From NCBI GenBank assembly GCA_013265495.1, contig MU058687.1, positions 2,172,001 through 2,236,000 of the forward strand: a DNA stretch of 64,000 nucleotides. Direction: 5' to 3'. Under the pieces are notes generated by a model. That model saw only the letters and a list, made by a program, of their open reading frames with translations, searched no databases and was not told the DNA's origin. Shown in pieces: positions 38,450 through 51,820 of the stretch (its first letter is position 1; each line of letters starts with the position of its first letter). The position numbers and the translations under genes are program-made. Source of the DNA: Vicugna vicugna. Its lineage: Eukaryota.

Positions 38450-38940
38450 GTACCCACTGCCGGTCGCCCTAAAGTGGAAATTACGAGTGGGGAGGGGAGA
38501 GCCCACCTGCACGCATAACTAGGTTTGACCTTGTTTGCTTGCGGTGTCTGTGTTAGCGTGTGGCCACCCGCACGTGCGGATTTCTTTATTCTCTTTGCAT
38601 GTACCTCTAATTGATCTTGAAAGAAGGGACAGTTAAAGAAGACGTTAAGGTGAAATGAAGCCATAACTGCAGCTGGAGACTTTTATTAAGTGTGGCAAAG
38701 TTCCCTGGGCTGCGCTGAAATTGTTTATTGATTTTGGTATGGCTGGGTGCTCGGGAGTAATCGCCCAGAATGCCGCTAGAGAGAGCGTCTGTTAGCTCAC
38801 GCCCAGCGTCTCCTCCGTGCACGGTGCTCACTCTGGAGCTGGCCTCTTTAACCTGTAAGTAAATACCCCTGGTTAACTCCTGAAGTGCCTCTGCCCGGGA
38901 CCAGAACTGCTTTGGACCCGAAGTTGTACGTCCCCCGCAG
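38450..38940 (+). promoter_or_regulatory. CpG-enriched promoter/enhancer-like region with candidate non-coding first exon ending at 38854
   Basis: Locally high CpG density in repeat-free DNA, palindromic E-box CCGCACGTGCGG at 38568-38579, TAGCGTG at 38554-38560, donor GTAAGT at 38855-38860. Confidence 0.45.
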
Positions 38941-40767
38941 CAATCAATGACTGATGGGGTTTCATTTCTTCCATTGGAAAAGGTGGTCTTGAGGGGGAGG
39001 GAAGACAGGGTTAGATTTGATATTACAGACGTATATCATCTTCCATTTTTAGTGTATATTTGATTTTTTTTCTTCTCATTTCCCTTTTCGTATTTAGGTG
39101 GAAGCTTGAAGAAACAAAGTAAACTGAGATTTTTTCAGTGGTGCTTTCACTGTCCCCCATCCGCATGTCTTTCCTTGTGTGTCCGTCAGTTTCATGGGCT
39201 TTGCCTCTACCTGGGTCTTCTTCCTGGCTTTCCCATCACTATAACTAAACTTTCTCTGGGGTCTCAATAGGGCAGAGATGCCAGGGCTGTTCTCTGGCAA
39301 GAAATCCTGTGTAGGGCAGCTATATGGCAAGAACAGGGTGTGCCCACGGTCATGTGGTCCATGCCTTCAAGCTAGCGAGGAGGTCGGAAGAGAAGCCTGG
39401 CCCAGGTCATGCAAGGGAGGGATCCAATTATGGGAGGAAAGCCAGGGTGTCTGGGACAGCTGAAAGAGGGCAAACGTAACCTGGGGCATCCCTACTCCAA
39501 GAATAGGTAAGGTTAGTGTCTCTTGGAGGTCCCCAAGTTGACTCTGAACAGAGTTACATTCCTGAAGACATCTTGCTTCAGAATTAGGGTTGGCAGGGTT
39601 GGGGAATTGCTGTCATTTGCATTGATGGATTTTATTCTACATCATCCAATGAAATACCCTCTTGGTTGTTCTTTTCCTGTCTTTGAGATCTGTTTGCCGT
39701 TCCCAGACATTATTTTTTCCAAGTTCCATGACCATGCATTGGACAAATGGCTCCAAAATAACGGAGTTACAGAGGACATAGGACCAGGGGCTTACGCTGG
39801 AGTCCTTTGGAATGATTCAAAAATCACATTCTATGAAGTATTTCTTCTCTAGTTCTCCTTAAACAATCTCCTCAAGACCCTGATGTAATGTCATGTCCAT
39901 TGTGAATCCTTCTGTGTTTGCCTTTTCCCCTTCACTTAGTAATTATTTTTTCCAAACAGTTGCATGTTTCCTTATTCCATTCTGACCACAATGAGTTTTT
40001 TTTTTCCCCTCTGAGTTATCAGTTATCTATTCCTGTCTCTTCCTATCAGTTATCTGAGAGAATCAGAGATTCTTTGGAAAGCACTGCATTCTGAATAGTT
40101 CTACAATTTCCCTCTCCCTCAGCCTGAATATCGTGACAGCTGTGCCCGATGTCTGAGGGAAGGACTCTATTGCCAGGGAAGGGAGTGAAGACGAAAGACA
40201 AATGCACAGAAAACTTGGGTTATCCTTACATCACTACTGATTATGCCATCTCACTGCTTTTCCATGCCTTTACTTAGCCTCCTGTAAGAAGGGGTTCATA
40301 TTTGTTCCCTCTTCCTACTGTCAGTATCGGTCAAGACCAAAGAGGAAGTTGGAGCTATTAAGAGGAAATGGACCATAAGTTAACTCAATGACAAATGCCA
40401 TTACCCTGAAATCTCAGTGTAATCAAAAGATTTCTAAACCTAAGATGATATCTTCCTTAACCTCAAAAACTACTCAGCTGAATGACATTTTAGTGAAACA
40501 GTGGAGTTTGAGCAGTCATGACTTGTAAAGATATAATTTGTGTAGATATTTGACTTATACAGATAGCATTTTTAAGAGCGAACATAGTGTCTTCTCTTTT
40601 GGAAAGTAGCACACATCTAGGGGAAATTTTTTGCATCAAGCAGACTTGTATTCAAATCCCAGTACCATCCTTAAATCTGATCTTGAACAAGTTTGTAACC
40701 CTTATGAGTTAAAGTTTCCTGTTGTAAAACGGAGAGGTGGCAATTAACTAAGATCCTATAGATTTTT

Positions 40768-40955
40768 TCTGCAACAGGCCAGATAGTAAGTATTTAAGGC
40801 TCTGAGGCCGTATGCTCTCTGAGGCCACTACTCAATCCTACTTCTGTAGTGAAACAGACCTATGAATGAATGGACATGCCTGTGGTCCAATAAAACTTTA
40901 TTTACAAAAACAGCCAGTGGTTAGATTTGGTCATATTTTTCTGACTGCTGCTATA
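40768..40955. mobile_element. MER58A DNA transposon
   Basis: ggccagatagtaagtatttaaggc..ccaataaaactttatttacaaaaacag. Confidence 0.8.
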
Positions 40956-41740
40956 GATGAAGCTTTTGGCAGATGATCTGGAATTCATACGCATGAAATG
41001 CCTTCCCTTTCATTGATCATAGAATAGTTAGCTAATACTTAGACTATATTCAGCAAACTGGTTTGGCCAGTATGAAAAATTAATTTTTAAAAATCTCCTA
41101 AAATCTTGCACTGGGTATAGATCCTAAGCTGTAATCCATTCTGTCTTCCTCATTAATGTTTTCTTTTCTCCCTAAGCTTGAATGTCAGAGACCTCATCCT
41201 GACCCTCCCTCCCCACACTCCCCAGTTCGGCAGTGGGCTACCTCCGTCTTCCATTGCTTCCCCAGCCCACCCCTTTTTGAGAATTTAGAATTCCTGTTAG
41301 AATTCCCCAGTCTGTGGCCTCCACTGGAAAGAGTTATTTTTGACCTACCCTGACCCTGTCTTGAACAACAATAAAACGGGGATTGGGAGAAATGTGACAC
41401 AAATCAATAGGTTATCCCAACAGACGTGATCTTTGAAGCCGTTTTTTCTCAGACACTTGCAGCAGTAACAAAGATGAATAGCGACTCCCTCACGTGGCCA
41501 TCTGAGCAGTAGGTGGCTCAGTGGATCATGATGTGACCTCCAGTGTGGGTGAGCAGCAGGTTAGAGCAGGATGAGGAACAGGGAAGAACAAAGATTCTGG
41601 CCATATGGAGGGAAAAGGAGACGGCCAACGGATGACTGGTACCTCAGTTTCTATTCACAATTGTTGGTGCATGTGGGTTTCCTGGCTGCTTTTCGGTTTG
41701 CTCTGCTCACTCACTGGCTCACCCACTTTCTCATTTATTC

Positions 41741-41863
41741 TTTTTGCGGGGAGTGGAGAGATAATTAAGTTAGTTAGTAATTTTAATGGAGATACTGGAG
41801 ACTGAACCCAGGACCTCTTGCAGGCTAAGCATGCACTCTACCACTGAGCTATACCCTCCTCCC
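41741..41863 (-). mobile_element. tRNA-derived SINE (Vic-1-like) with TSD
   Basis: Plus-strand text gaacccaggacct..aagcatgcactctaccactgagctataccc is the antisense SINE head; TSD TCATTTATTC at 41731-41740 / 41868-41877. Confidence 0.85.
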
Positions 41864-42544
41864 TCTTTCATTTATTCCCCTAATTTTACAGTCATTCAAT
41901 AAACATTTCTTGAGCACCTGCTGTGTACAAGGGCATTGACCTGACGTCTCAGGCATTAGTAGTGGCTCTGGTGTTCCTTTGCCTGATTCGGAGTAAAGTA
42001 AGGGTTGAGAATTGACTGCTGTGGCTGATTCCAGGACCTTGCGGGGAGGGGAGGGAAAAGTAACCCAGTGCCTTCCTCTTCTACCTTCCTGGGTACACTG
42101 GCTGGCTGGGGAGTGAGCAAGAGCAGACGGAAATGATGGAGGAAAACTCCACTGCTCTGTATAGGTTATGTGCCCCTCTTTGTGCTCCTGGGGTACTAGA
42201 GGTGGAACCAGTAGTGACGATGATAATAGCTAACAAAAATATCGATCAGTTACTATATACAGGCCATATTCTAGCTGTATCACCTATATTTACTCATTTA
42301 ATTCTCACAGCAGTCCCAGGAGGCAGATATGGTTATCATTCCCAGTTTATACAAGAGGGAAAGGCTAACAGAGTCTAATTCACTTGCCATCACATGGCTA
42401 GGCTGTGGCAGAGCTGGGAGGGGAAGCTGGGCCTTCTGACTTGTCATCACATTTATCTCACTGTGTTCTAAGTACCTGTTTATATTTCTGCTTTCCCAAC
42501 TTGACTGTGAATTTGTTGGTGGTATAAAAGTTAACTTAAAAAAC

Positions 42545-43820
42545 AATTTCTATTGTAAGGTGTAGCCCATCTAGAGAAAATGGTACGAAACATAGAGTGT
42601 AAAGGGCAATATATTATTATAAAACAGAATTCTGTGTATTCGTGGCCCAGACATTGACAGCACCCCCAGAAAATTCCTTCCCGTCCCCCTCTCAATCCTT
42701 ACCTCTCCTCTTCCCTGCAAGTAACAGTTCCCTTGACCTCGAGCATCACAATGAGTTTGGTCTATTTCGGAACTAGAGATACATGGGACCACAATGTAAA
42801 TTCTCTTTTGCCTGATTTGATGTTGTTACATGTAGCTGCAATTGGTTTCTCTTCATTTTGGTATAGTACCCCACTGTTGGAACTTACCACAGTTTATTTA
42901 TCTAGAGTATTGTTGATGGACATCCAGGCAGTTTCTAGCTTTTGAATATTATGAAAAGTCTTACTGTAAACTATAAACATTTTTGTCCATGTCTTTTGGT
43001 ATTCCTGTACACATATTTTTCTTGGATGTAGATCTAAGAGTGGACTTTCTGGGTCAAAGTGTTCACTTTGGTTTTACAAGTTTCCCTCTCCCAGCACTGA
43101 CTGCACGAGTGTCCCTGTTGTTTCATTCCTAGCACAGGGACGTCAGACTTTCCAAATAGATGGTGGTAACTTATCCTGGCCTTAATTTGCATCTCTCTGA
43201 TTCATAACGTGGTCAACATTTTCATGTTTTCTGACTCTGTGGTATCCTCTTTTTGAACTGCCTGTTCAAGCCTCTTGCCCATTTTTCTTTTTCATATTTC
43301 TCTTTAACAAAACTGATATGAGGGAGTCATATATTTGAATATAAGTCCTATGCTGGATGTATGTTTGGCAAATAACCTCCTTTTACCTTGTTGCTTGCTT
43401 TTCACTGTATTGATGGGGTCTTTAATGGACTGAATTTCTTAAATTTAATAATGTTAAATATATCAATCTCTTCCTTTATGGGTAGCACTTCTTGCCTTAC
43501 TTGATCCTTTAGAAGCTTTTCTGTTCTGTGTTCGTTATGGAGCTGTAGTTCACTTGGAGTTGATTTTTGTGTATGATATTAGGTAGGTGTTGTCTCTTTC
43601 TTTTTGTTTTCCCTATTGATATTGAATTGGCCCAGTGCCATTTATTCAAAAGACCGTCTTTTCTCCCACTGCTCTGCAGGGTCACCTTTGTTGTAAATCA
43701 GATGACCCTGTAAGTGTTGGTCTTTTTCTAGACTCTACTTGGTTCCATTGGTCCATTTGCCTATCCTTGTGCCAATTTCTATACAGTCTTAATTACTGTA
43801 GCTTTATAGTAAGTCTTATC
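42545..43820 (-). mobile_element. Old L1M fragment
   Basis: Antisense L1 3' and ORF2 sequence (ttaatttgcatctctctgatt; ttgttgtaaatcagatgacc..ttccattggtcc). Confidence 0.75.
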
Positions 43821-44014
43821 CTCTGGATGAACTCTCAGCTAGATCTTACCTGAATTTTGTATTTCTATCCCCAGTGCCAATCACAGTGCTTGGCACTCAA
43901 TTATTATTTGTTGAGTGAAAGGATCTCTGGTGCTGGTTTCTGTGGAGTTGCCACCATGGCAGGCTGTAGGAATAGGAGAGTGGATCCAGGATGGAGGCTG
44001 GATCTGGAGGGTTC

Positions 44015-44261
44015 CCTCTCCCTCTTACCCCTTTGGTAACTATAAGTTTGTTTGCTACATCTGTGAGTCTGTTTCTGTTTTGTAAATTAGTTCATTTGTG
44101 TCATTTTTTTTAGATTTCACATGTGAGTGATGTCATATGATATTTGTGTTTGTCGACTTACTTCACTTAATATGATCATCTTTGGGACCATCCATGTTGC
44201 TGCAAATGGTGTTATTTCATTCTTTTTATGGCCAAGTAGTACTCCATTGTGTATATATATA

Positions 44262-44303
<42 letters not shown>

Positions 44304-44712
44304 CACATCTTCTTTATCCATTTGTCGATGGACATTTAGGTTGCTTCCACATCTTGGCTATTGTAAATAATGCTGCTATGAACACTGAGGTGCATGTATC
44401 TTTTCCAATTAGAGTTTTCTCAGACATATGCCCAGGTGTGGGATTGCTCGATCATATGGTAACTCTTTTTTTAGTTTTTTAAGGAATCTCCATCCTGTTT
44501 TCCATAGTAGCTGCACCAAATTATATTCCCACCAGCAGTGTAGGAGGGTTCCCTTTTCTCCACACCCTCTCCAGCATTTATTGTTTGTGGACTTTAAAAT
44601 GGTGGCCATTCTGACTGGTGTGAGTTGATACCTCATTGTAGTTTTGATTTGCATTTCTCTGATAATTAGCAATATTGAGCATCTTTTCACGTGCCTGTTG
44701 GCCATCTGTATG
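44015..44712 (-). mobile_element. L1 3' fragment with internal (CA)n
   Basis: The ORF at 44409-44801 reads L1 ORF2 C-terminus (..[36 protein letters not shown]..). Confidence 0.92.
44264..44298. repeat. (CA)n microsatellite
   Basis: Direct read. Confidence 0.95.
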
Positions 44713-45181
44713 TAGACTTGAGTTTTGCTCTCTGAGTAAGTGAGGGCAGGTCTGCCAGGCTTCTTCAGATCCTTCCCTTTGTCCTTCTTCTTTGTAGACA
44801 CCTTTCTAGACTTCCAAACACTAGATTAAATTTGAGTTTGCATAGCTCACTACAGTAGAGTGGAGTGATCAAGAGACCAGCTTGGAGGCAGTCTTCCTGG
44901 CTCTGCCATTTAGTTGCTGTGTGACCTTGGGCATGTTATTTAACCTCTGTGGGCTTTAGTTTCTTTATGTGTAAGATGGGGAGAGAAAGAAGTTGACCTT
45001 ATAGAGCTAAGATAACCTACCAACATTTCTCAGAACAATGTCCCACTCACTGGATGTGATCAAAAATGAAAATGTCAGGTGTTACTGACTCGAGACTGAG
45101 AAAACCTGACTAACTAGAGGCTGCCCAGCCCAGAGCAAAGACCCTGGTGAGCAAAGGTGAGCTGACTTTTTGTTCAGAATG

Positions 45182-45278
45182 AAACCGAGTATATGTATAT
45201 ATATGCATGACAGGGACATTATGCTGTACAACAGAAATCGACACATTGTAATTGACTAAACTTCAATTGAAAAAAAAG
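45182..45278 (+). mobile_element. Very short L1 3' tail
   Basis: atgcatgacagggacattatgctgtacaacagaaatcgacacattgtaattgact..aaaaaaaa, similar to the tails at 2731 and 8488. Confidence 0.7.
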
Positions 45279-46109
45279 AATGTTCCAGCAAACTCAGCCC
45301 AGAGTTACTGTGTCCTTTGGGGGAGAGCTCATGGGCAGGCAGTCAAGGTTACATCTGAGTTTACTTTGCTTGAAGAGGGTTTAGAATAGGCTTCTCAGAA
45401 GAAGTGACTCATAGGGAATGATTTTAAGAAAGGGAAGTTGTTGATTAATAGAGTGGCCTGAAACTTCAAAAGCTGACTTCCATAAAAATTTAACGAGTGA
45501 AAACAGAGCAATTTTACATCCCTACATATTAACTGAGGGCTCCTTTGCCTTGGAAATCTATATCCACTGATAATCCCAAATGCATCTTTGATTTCAGAAG
45601 ACACTTATATGTATATATATTTGGCAGTAGATTTACGTCCTAATCATGTTTATAGTTTAAATTAATATGGAAATTAACCCTGAAACCCCAGGCCATTTCA
45701 AAGCACTGGGTTTTACAGATCCTGAACTACTCTAAAATAAATGTTGAAAATGTGAACTGCATAAAAAATAAAAGCTGGTAGTTTTAATTTAATTTCATCT
45801 CCATTAAAGATATCACAAATGATTTACTGAGCTTTTAAAAGTGAAAAGGCATTTGCTCTGTTATGGGCATGTGCCACTTAGAGATGCTGGTTGTTTGAAT
45901 GAAAAGTGATGCTTTTGCCAGATGCTGGGTTATGGCTGGATCCCAACGAGGAATAAAGTTTTGTGGGTTTCACTTTAATAATAATCTTTATGAACACTCG
46001 TCTGTGTGCAGAAACATCTCCTATCTTTAACAATATGTAGCTACGTACCAGGTTTTGTCACATTCTAGATTCTGGAATAAATTTCAAACCCTCTTTACTG
46101 TGGATCTGA

Positions 46110-46390
46110 ATTTGTTCATTCACAAATATGTACTGAGCACTCACGATGTGCCCTGCACTGAGTTGGGTGTTTACTGAAAGTAGTGGGTCAAGAGAGCAGC
46201 TGTAGCCTCCACCTTCATGAAAATAGTAGCCCGGGGCCGTGGGAGACGTGACAGAAGTGAGCCCAGATGAATATGTAATAATAATCTGGGATAAGTGTGC
46301 TTGGGAGCAAATTCGGGAGGGGTGTTTAATTTAGTCTGCAAGGAGTCTGAGACAGCCTCCCTGAGGAACTGACATGCAGCCTGAGATGCA
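46110..46390 (-). mobile_element. L2 3' fragment
   Basis: ttcattcacaaatatgtactgagcactcacgatgtgcc. Confidence 0.6.
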
Positions 46391-47196
46391 AAGAAAGGTG
46401 AAGACGTTGCCTGTTCATGCTCACACAGGTCACCTCCACACATGCTTGTTACTATACGTCTGTGGAAACATGGCAGGAAGTTTGCAAGGATCCTCAGCGT
46501 ACCATGTGGTTTGCTCAGGTAGGGACTTTAGAGAGAAGATTCTGAGTGTGCATCGTTCCCAGATCAGAGAGGCTGTCACCTGTTCTCAGTCCCACTCCTG
46601 GTAAGCGGCATAGCTAGAATCTGAACCCACATCTCTGCCTCCAAATGCATGCTATTTCTCTCATGCTACAAAGTCTCAGAAAAGAGGAGCTTTCTCCCCG
46701 ACATAAAATCGCAACACTTCACTGAGGGCTTTCCTCCAGGCGGTTGGAATTTCAGCTGCCTTCTTCAGTTTGGGCTGAGATAAGCGGTCTTTCTCTTTCC
46801 CAGAGGAACGCCCTGGACCAGAATAGCCGAGCTATCACTTACTTCCCTGTCTGAGGCTGTGTCTGTTGGTGAGCGTGGCTCTGATGCTCTGATGGATGGA
46901 CGGCCTAAATGGGACAATTGTAACCAAAGCCGAGGACTTCCTCTGGATGCTGAGAGGTTTCTCTAGTACCTTTCTTCCCAGCTAGAAGCCTGAGGAGGTG
47001 ATTCCATCACCAGCTGGGGGAAGGAGCGATAAGGCTGGAGGCTGAGGATAAGTGGACTTGCCTGAGGGTGGAGAGCAGGTGTGTGTGGTGGAAGAGTGGG
47101 GGGAGTGCCATTTGTCACCTGCAGGATGGCCAGACCAGCAGAGGAGGCGAGACACGGGGCAATCTAAGCCCCAGAGAAGAGCAGCTTCTGGCCTTT

Positions 47197-47770
47197 ATTG
47201 TTTTTTTTTTCTTTTAAACTGGCATTTGAAAAACAATTCAAGTATAATTTATATATGATAAAATGAGCAGATCTTGAGCTAGGCTCCATGGATTATGACA
47301 ATGTGTACAGCTATGAAATTGCCACCCCAAACAGGATACAGAACATTCCCATCACTCCAGAAGGTCCCCTTATTCTCCTGCCCCCACCCCACCATCGACA
47401 ACTGGTGTTTCAACTTCCATCTCCATACGTTAGTTTTTTCTGGTCTTGGGTTTCAGTTACATGGAATCACACAGTATGCAGTCTTTTGTGTCTGGCTGCC
47501 ATCACTCACCTAACATTTATGAGATTGACCCAGTCTGTTGCTTGAATCAGCAGTGTCTTCCTTTTTATTGCCCCGCAGAATTCTGTTGTGTGGCTGTACT
47601 GTGATTTGTTTACCTGCTTTTAGTTGGTGGACATTTGGGTTGTTTCAGTTTGGGGGTGTTATGAACAAACTGCAGTGAATATTTGTATCAAAATCTTTTG
47701 ACAGATAAGTGTTTTCATTTCTTTGGAGTCAATAAATACCTAGGGGTGGAGGTGCTGGCTCACAGGGAAG
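47197..47770 (-). mobile_element. L1MC/MD-like 3' fragment
   Basis: atacagaacattcccatcactccagaagg..atggaatcacacagtatgcagtcttttgtgtctggct. Confidence 0.8.
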
Positions 47771-50700
47771 TTGTCCTTCATGTACCTTTACTCTGGCTTC
47801 TATTGGAAAGAGAAGCAGCAGGGAGATGGCTTTGCTGTCTTTTCTGATAAACTCCAGTGGGGGCAGCGTGTTGATGTCCAACCCGCATTCTGATGTCGAT
47901 CAGACAGCCCTGAACAAATGCTTTTGGACACTGCTCGGCATGGTGCCACTGACTTCTGAAAATTGTCTTCCCCTGGCTTCATTTCCTGTCCATTCCTACT
48001 TCTCTAACTCCAACGGTTAGGTCCATCCCCGCGTGTCCACTCCTCCTGCGGCAGAAAGGGGGCTGTTGTACAACTGGCAAGCTCTGGAGTTAGGCAGCCT
48101 GGGTCTGCCTCCTGGCTCTGCCACTTACTAGCTAAGTGAAATGAGCAATTACTTAGTGTATCTGAGCCTTGGTTTCCCAGAAACTGTTGAAAACAACCTT
48201 CTTGAAAAGTCGTTACAGGAATTACATCCAGGCTGCTGGGTGTGGCCACGCGCACGCCCAGAGGGACCAGCGCATGCCCTGCTGCCGAGCCCCGTGTCTC
48301 TGTGTGGGGCTGTGTCAGCAGGGAGGAAGGGGCAGCTTTGGTCATTTGTGTGTCAGAGGGATAAATTTTTCAACTTTTCCCACCCAGAGAAAGTATCTTG
48401 TTGTTAAGTCGTATAAAGGCAGCTGTAGTCAAACCTCAAGGTGTACAATATCCCAGCTTTGGTAGATGCTAAATAAATGGTAGCTATTATAATGCAAATT
48501 GTATCGGGCAGGATTCTTGGTTGTGAGCAACAGAAATTGGCTCTGGCTCTCTTATGGGTGAAAAGGACTTTTCTAAAGGGCTGTCAAGGGCTCACAAACT
48601 CGTTAGGAGACAGGAGAGCCAGGCTTGGGAATGTCAGGAACCAGGGGCAAGGGGCCGTTTTGAGGACTATGCAGCAGGAACTTCAGCCAAGGCCACCTGA
48701 GCAGGAGCTGGCTGGTATGCTCCCCGCAGTGACTGCTGAGATAAAGATGGCCTCCAACTGTCCCACATTCTTGTCTCGTTTGCTCCAGGGAGAGAGTGTC
48801 CAACTGGCCAACTTGAACTCACATTCTTGCCCACCTTTGGAGATGGATGGAAAGAGCCAAGATGGAGCTTCCTTAATGATAGGCAGGTCCTCCCTACCCC
48901 CAGGACGTCACCTCATGGGAGATTCCCCATTGTGGGCAGGAGCTCTCTTTCCTAAGGAGATGGCAGGTGCTCCCAAGAAGGCATCCAATGGGGATTCCCC
49001 ATATTGGGATGGTAACAGGAAGGAGGTTTACATGCTGGACAGTCAACAAAATAGTGAATCCCCTATTTAGATTAGTTCTGAGGAATGGAAGATGCTCAGA
49101 CTTACTGCCAGGAGTCCTCATCACTTGGTAAACCAAGCCTTAAAAATGCAGGAGCCTGTTAAGACAAGTCTTCTCTTAAATTGATGGAGGAACAAAGACC
49201 CTTGGACAGAGCAGGGCACAATGCCTCAGCCTTTTCCACTTTGATATTTGGAAAAACACTCATTCACTGTTATTTTAAAAATGCAGAATCACCAGAAGAG
49301 ATACCATCCGAGTTCTGGGGGAGCGGCCTGCCGACTTCCTGATTTATTGCTCACGTTAGTGACCGTTAGCATAGCAGAGTGAAATGTGCCTGAGAAACTG
49401 TGAAAATAGGAATGATCGTGGTGGTGATCGAGGCTGATTGGAGGATGCTCCCGGGGAGAGCTGAAGTTCTGATTTATAGCTTTAGCATTGAGGAGTCACA
49501 GGCCTCACTGCTGCAAGCCGCACTGGCACCGGATACTAACCGTGGGGGCAGGGTGGCTTCTGGAAGGACGCAGGAGTAAGTTTGGGCAGGGGTACTGATG
49601 CCAAGAAGAGTGCACTATATGCTCTAGGTATGGTAGGGTGAGCGCTGGGTTCTCAGTTCCTAAAGAAAGAGGCTCAGCTTTGTTGGGCAAGGGAGGCAAG
49701 ACCCTAGTATTAGTGGGGCATTGTGCCCGGCACTTCACCTGTGTCAACTCATCTAACCCTCACAACACCTGGGTGTAGTAGGTATTATTATTCCCATTGA
49801 CACATGAAGAAGCCGAGGCACAGAGAGGCCGCCTCCATTGCGGTGTGTGGTCTTACTCAGATGGAGTGGTGTGGGGCCAGAAGTTGTACCGGAAGTCTTA
49901 GAACACTGCCACACATTTTAGATCTAGAATCTAGAAGTGGGAGGAAAGGATATTCAAAACTGCCACTTCAGCCAAAGGATAAGAGACCCTTGTCACCTCT
50001 GCGTTTTGATGACTCTGCTCCATCACTAACCTAGCCTAGCCCCCCACCCCCAGCTCTCAGGTGCTCCAGGCAGAACTTTCCTGATGGCAGGAGAGGGCGT
50101 GGAGGGCACATTGATGGCTGTGCCTCTGCAGATGGTCCAGCTGCTGCTTGTCAAGGAGAGGCCAAGTGGGAGGCGGGGGGGGACAGGTGAGAGCTGAGAG
50201 GTACTCAAGCTGCTGAGACCCCTTTCCCTAAGCAAACAGCCCCAGCAGAGCTGCAGAGAGACCTGGGTTTCATGGGTGGCCCAGGCTGCACCCTTATCTT
50301 CGCCTTGGGGTCTGTGAGCAGAGAAGAGGCTGATCCTTCCACCTCGTGTTTTCCATGTTTTGTGTGCTCTGAAGAGACACCCCATCCCGAGGCTGGGACA
50401 TCTCCAACCAGCTGGAGGGTGGCCATGGTTATTTGGCTAGTCACCACCTCCTCTGTTAAACTTTCTGGAACTTGCCTCAGCTGCAGCTATCCGATCACCA
50501 TTCATCCCCTCCCCCACATCCCCATCATCCCACAGATGTTCACTAAGCATCTGCTATGGGCCAGGTACCATGCGGTCCCCATGGGTTTGGCAAGCAGCCC
50601 TTGCCCTCAAGAAGCTCACAGTCTGGTTGAGATGACAGAGTATTCTCTTCCTTAGCTCCCCCCACCCCGACACATCCAGGCTATTCTCTGCCACAACCCC

Positions 50701-51259
50701 TCCCAGCCCCCAGCGCTTACAGCCCCTGAGTACTTCCCGAAGGCCAGACAAATGCTGGGCTGCTCATCAAAGACTCCATGGAATGCTGGCCACCGCATGC
50801 AGCAATCAGCGGTGTTAGTCCTGAACCTGAGTGGGAGACCGGGGAGCACGGCTTATTGTCAGCACTGTTTGGACAGCAGGTATCCATCAGTCCTCCGTTC
50901 CTCCCTCCACCCTCACCCCTAGCACACACACACAGCCTCCTAGGGTCACTTCCATTTGGAAGGTGTGGAGGGAGTGAGGTGCAGAGAGGAACCAGGCGTT
51001 ACTCTGTCTGTTGACCAGGGATGGAGGTCAGGTGAGGCCAGAGGCCAGAGGCCAGAGGCAGCTGCGCTGAAACATCCCAGGGCGGGTCTGATATCAATAC
51101 TGATAGCAAGGGGTTGGGGGGGGTGGTTATGCTGAAGGGAAAGTGAAGGAAATCCTTGGGGTCCAGGTAGTAACTAGCATCCCTTCCTATTCCAGATTTT
51201 ATTTATGAATCCAGGGATGTCTTTGGAGCTTACTGTGAGCTACAGGTGGGCTGAAAGAT

Positions 51260-51820
51260 CTTTCTATGAGTCAAGTCCTCTGTCATTGCAGGTATAGAAA
51301 CAGTAGACTGGCAAAAGCAAAAAAGGAAATATAACCCCTGAATCCAGAGACAGAATAGGATTTAAGTTTGTCTGAATCTAGGGTCTCAGAGGAGGTTGAT
51401 TCTGGCTCCTCCATCCCTTGGCTTTGCTTTCCTCTGTATTAGTTTTATTCCTAGGAAACTTGCTCCCCTTCTGGTGACAAGAGGGTCTTCAGCACAGCCA
51501 GGCTCATGTTCATTCACTGTAACAACCCCAGGGAAACAGCAATTCTTCCCCAGTAGTTGCAGCAAGACCCCCAGGGTTTACTCTCCTTCAGTGCACCTGG
51601 GTCCGGTGCTCATCCTGAACCAGTCACTGTGGCCCGGAGAATGCAGCGTGCTGATTGGCCAGACCAGGGTCACATGTCTGTGGGTAGGCGAGGTCAGCCT
51701 CACCTCACCCCCACTGATGGAAAGGGAAGGAGAGGATGTCCCTCAAAAGAAAATTAGGAGATTCTTACCACAGGAAGCAGGAATAACCAACAGGCAGATA
51801 CAACCCAGATGTCCACTCTG
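51260..51820 (-). mobile_element. MLT1K/L-like LTR
   Basis: cctgaaccagtcactgtggcc..ctgattggccagaccagggtcacatg. Confidence 0.65.

Noticed and set aside
44409..44801. L1 ORF2 C-terminal ORF as a functional gene
   Set aside because: A truncated fragment of a retrotransposon without EN/RT domains.
48477..49070. 197-aa ORF
   Set aside because: No recognisable protein similarity; the 5' part looks LTR-derived; probably chance.
51034..51059. (GAGGCCA)x3 tandem repeat
   Set aside because: Ordinary short slippage repeat.
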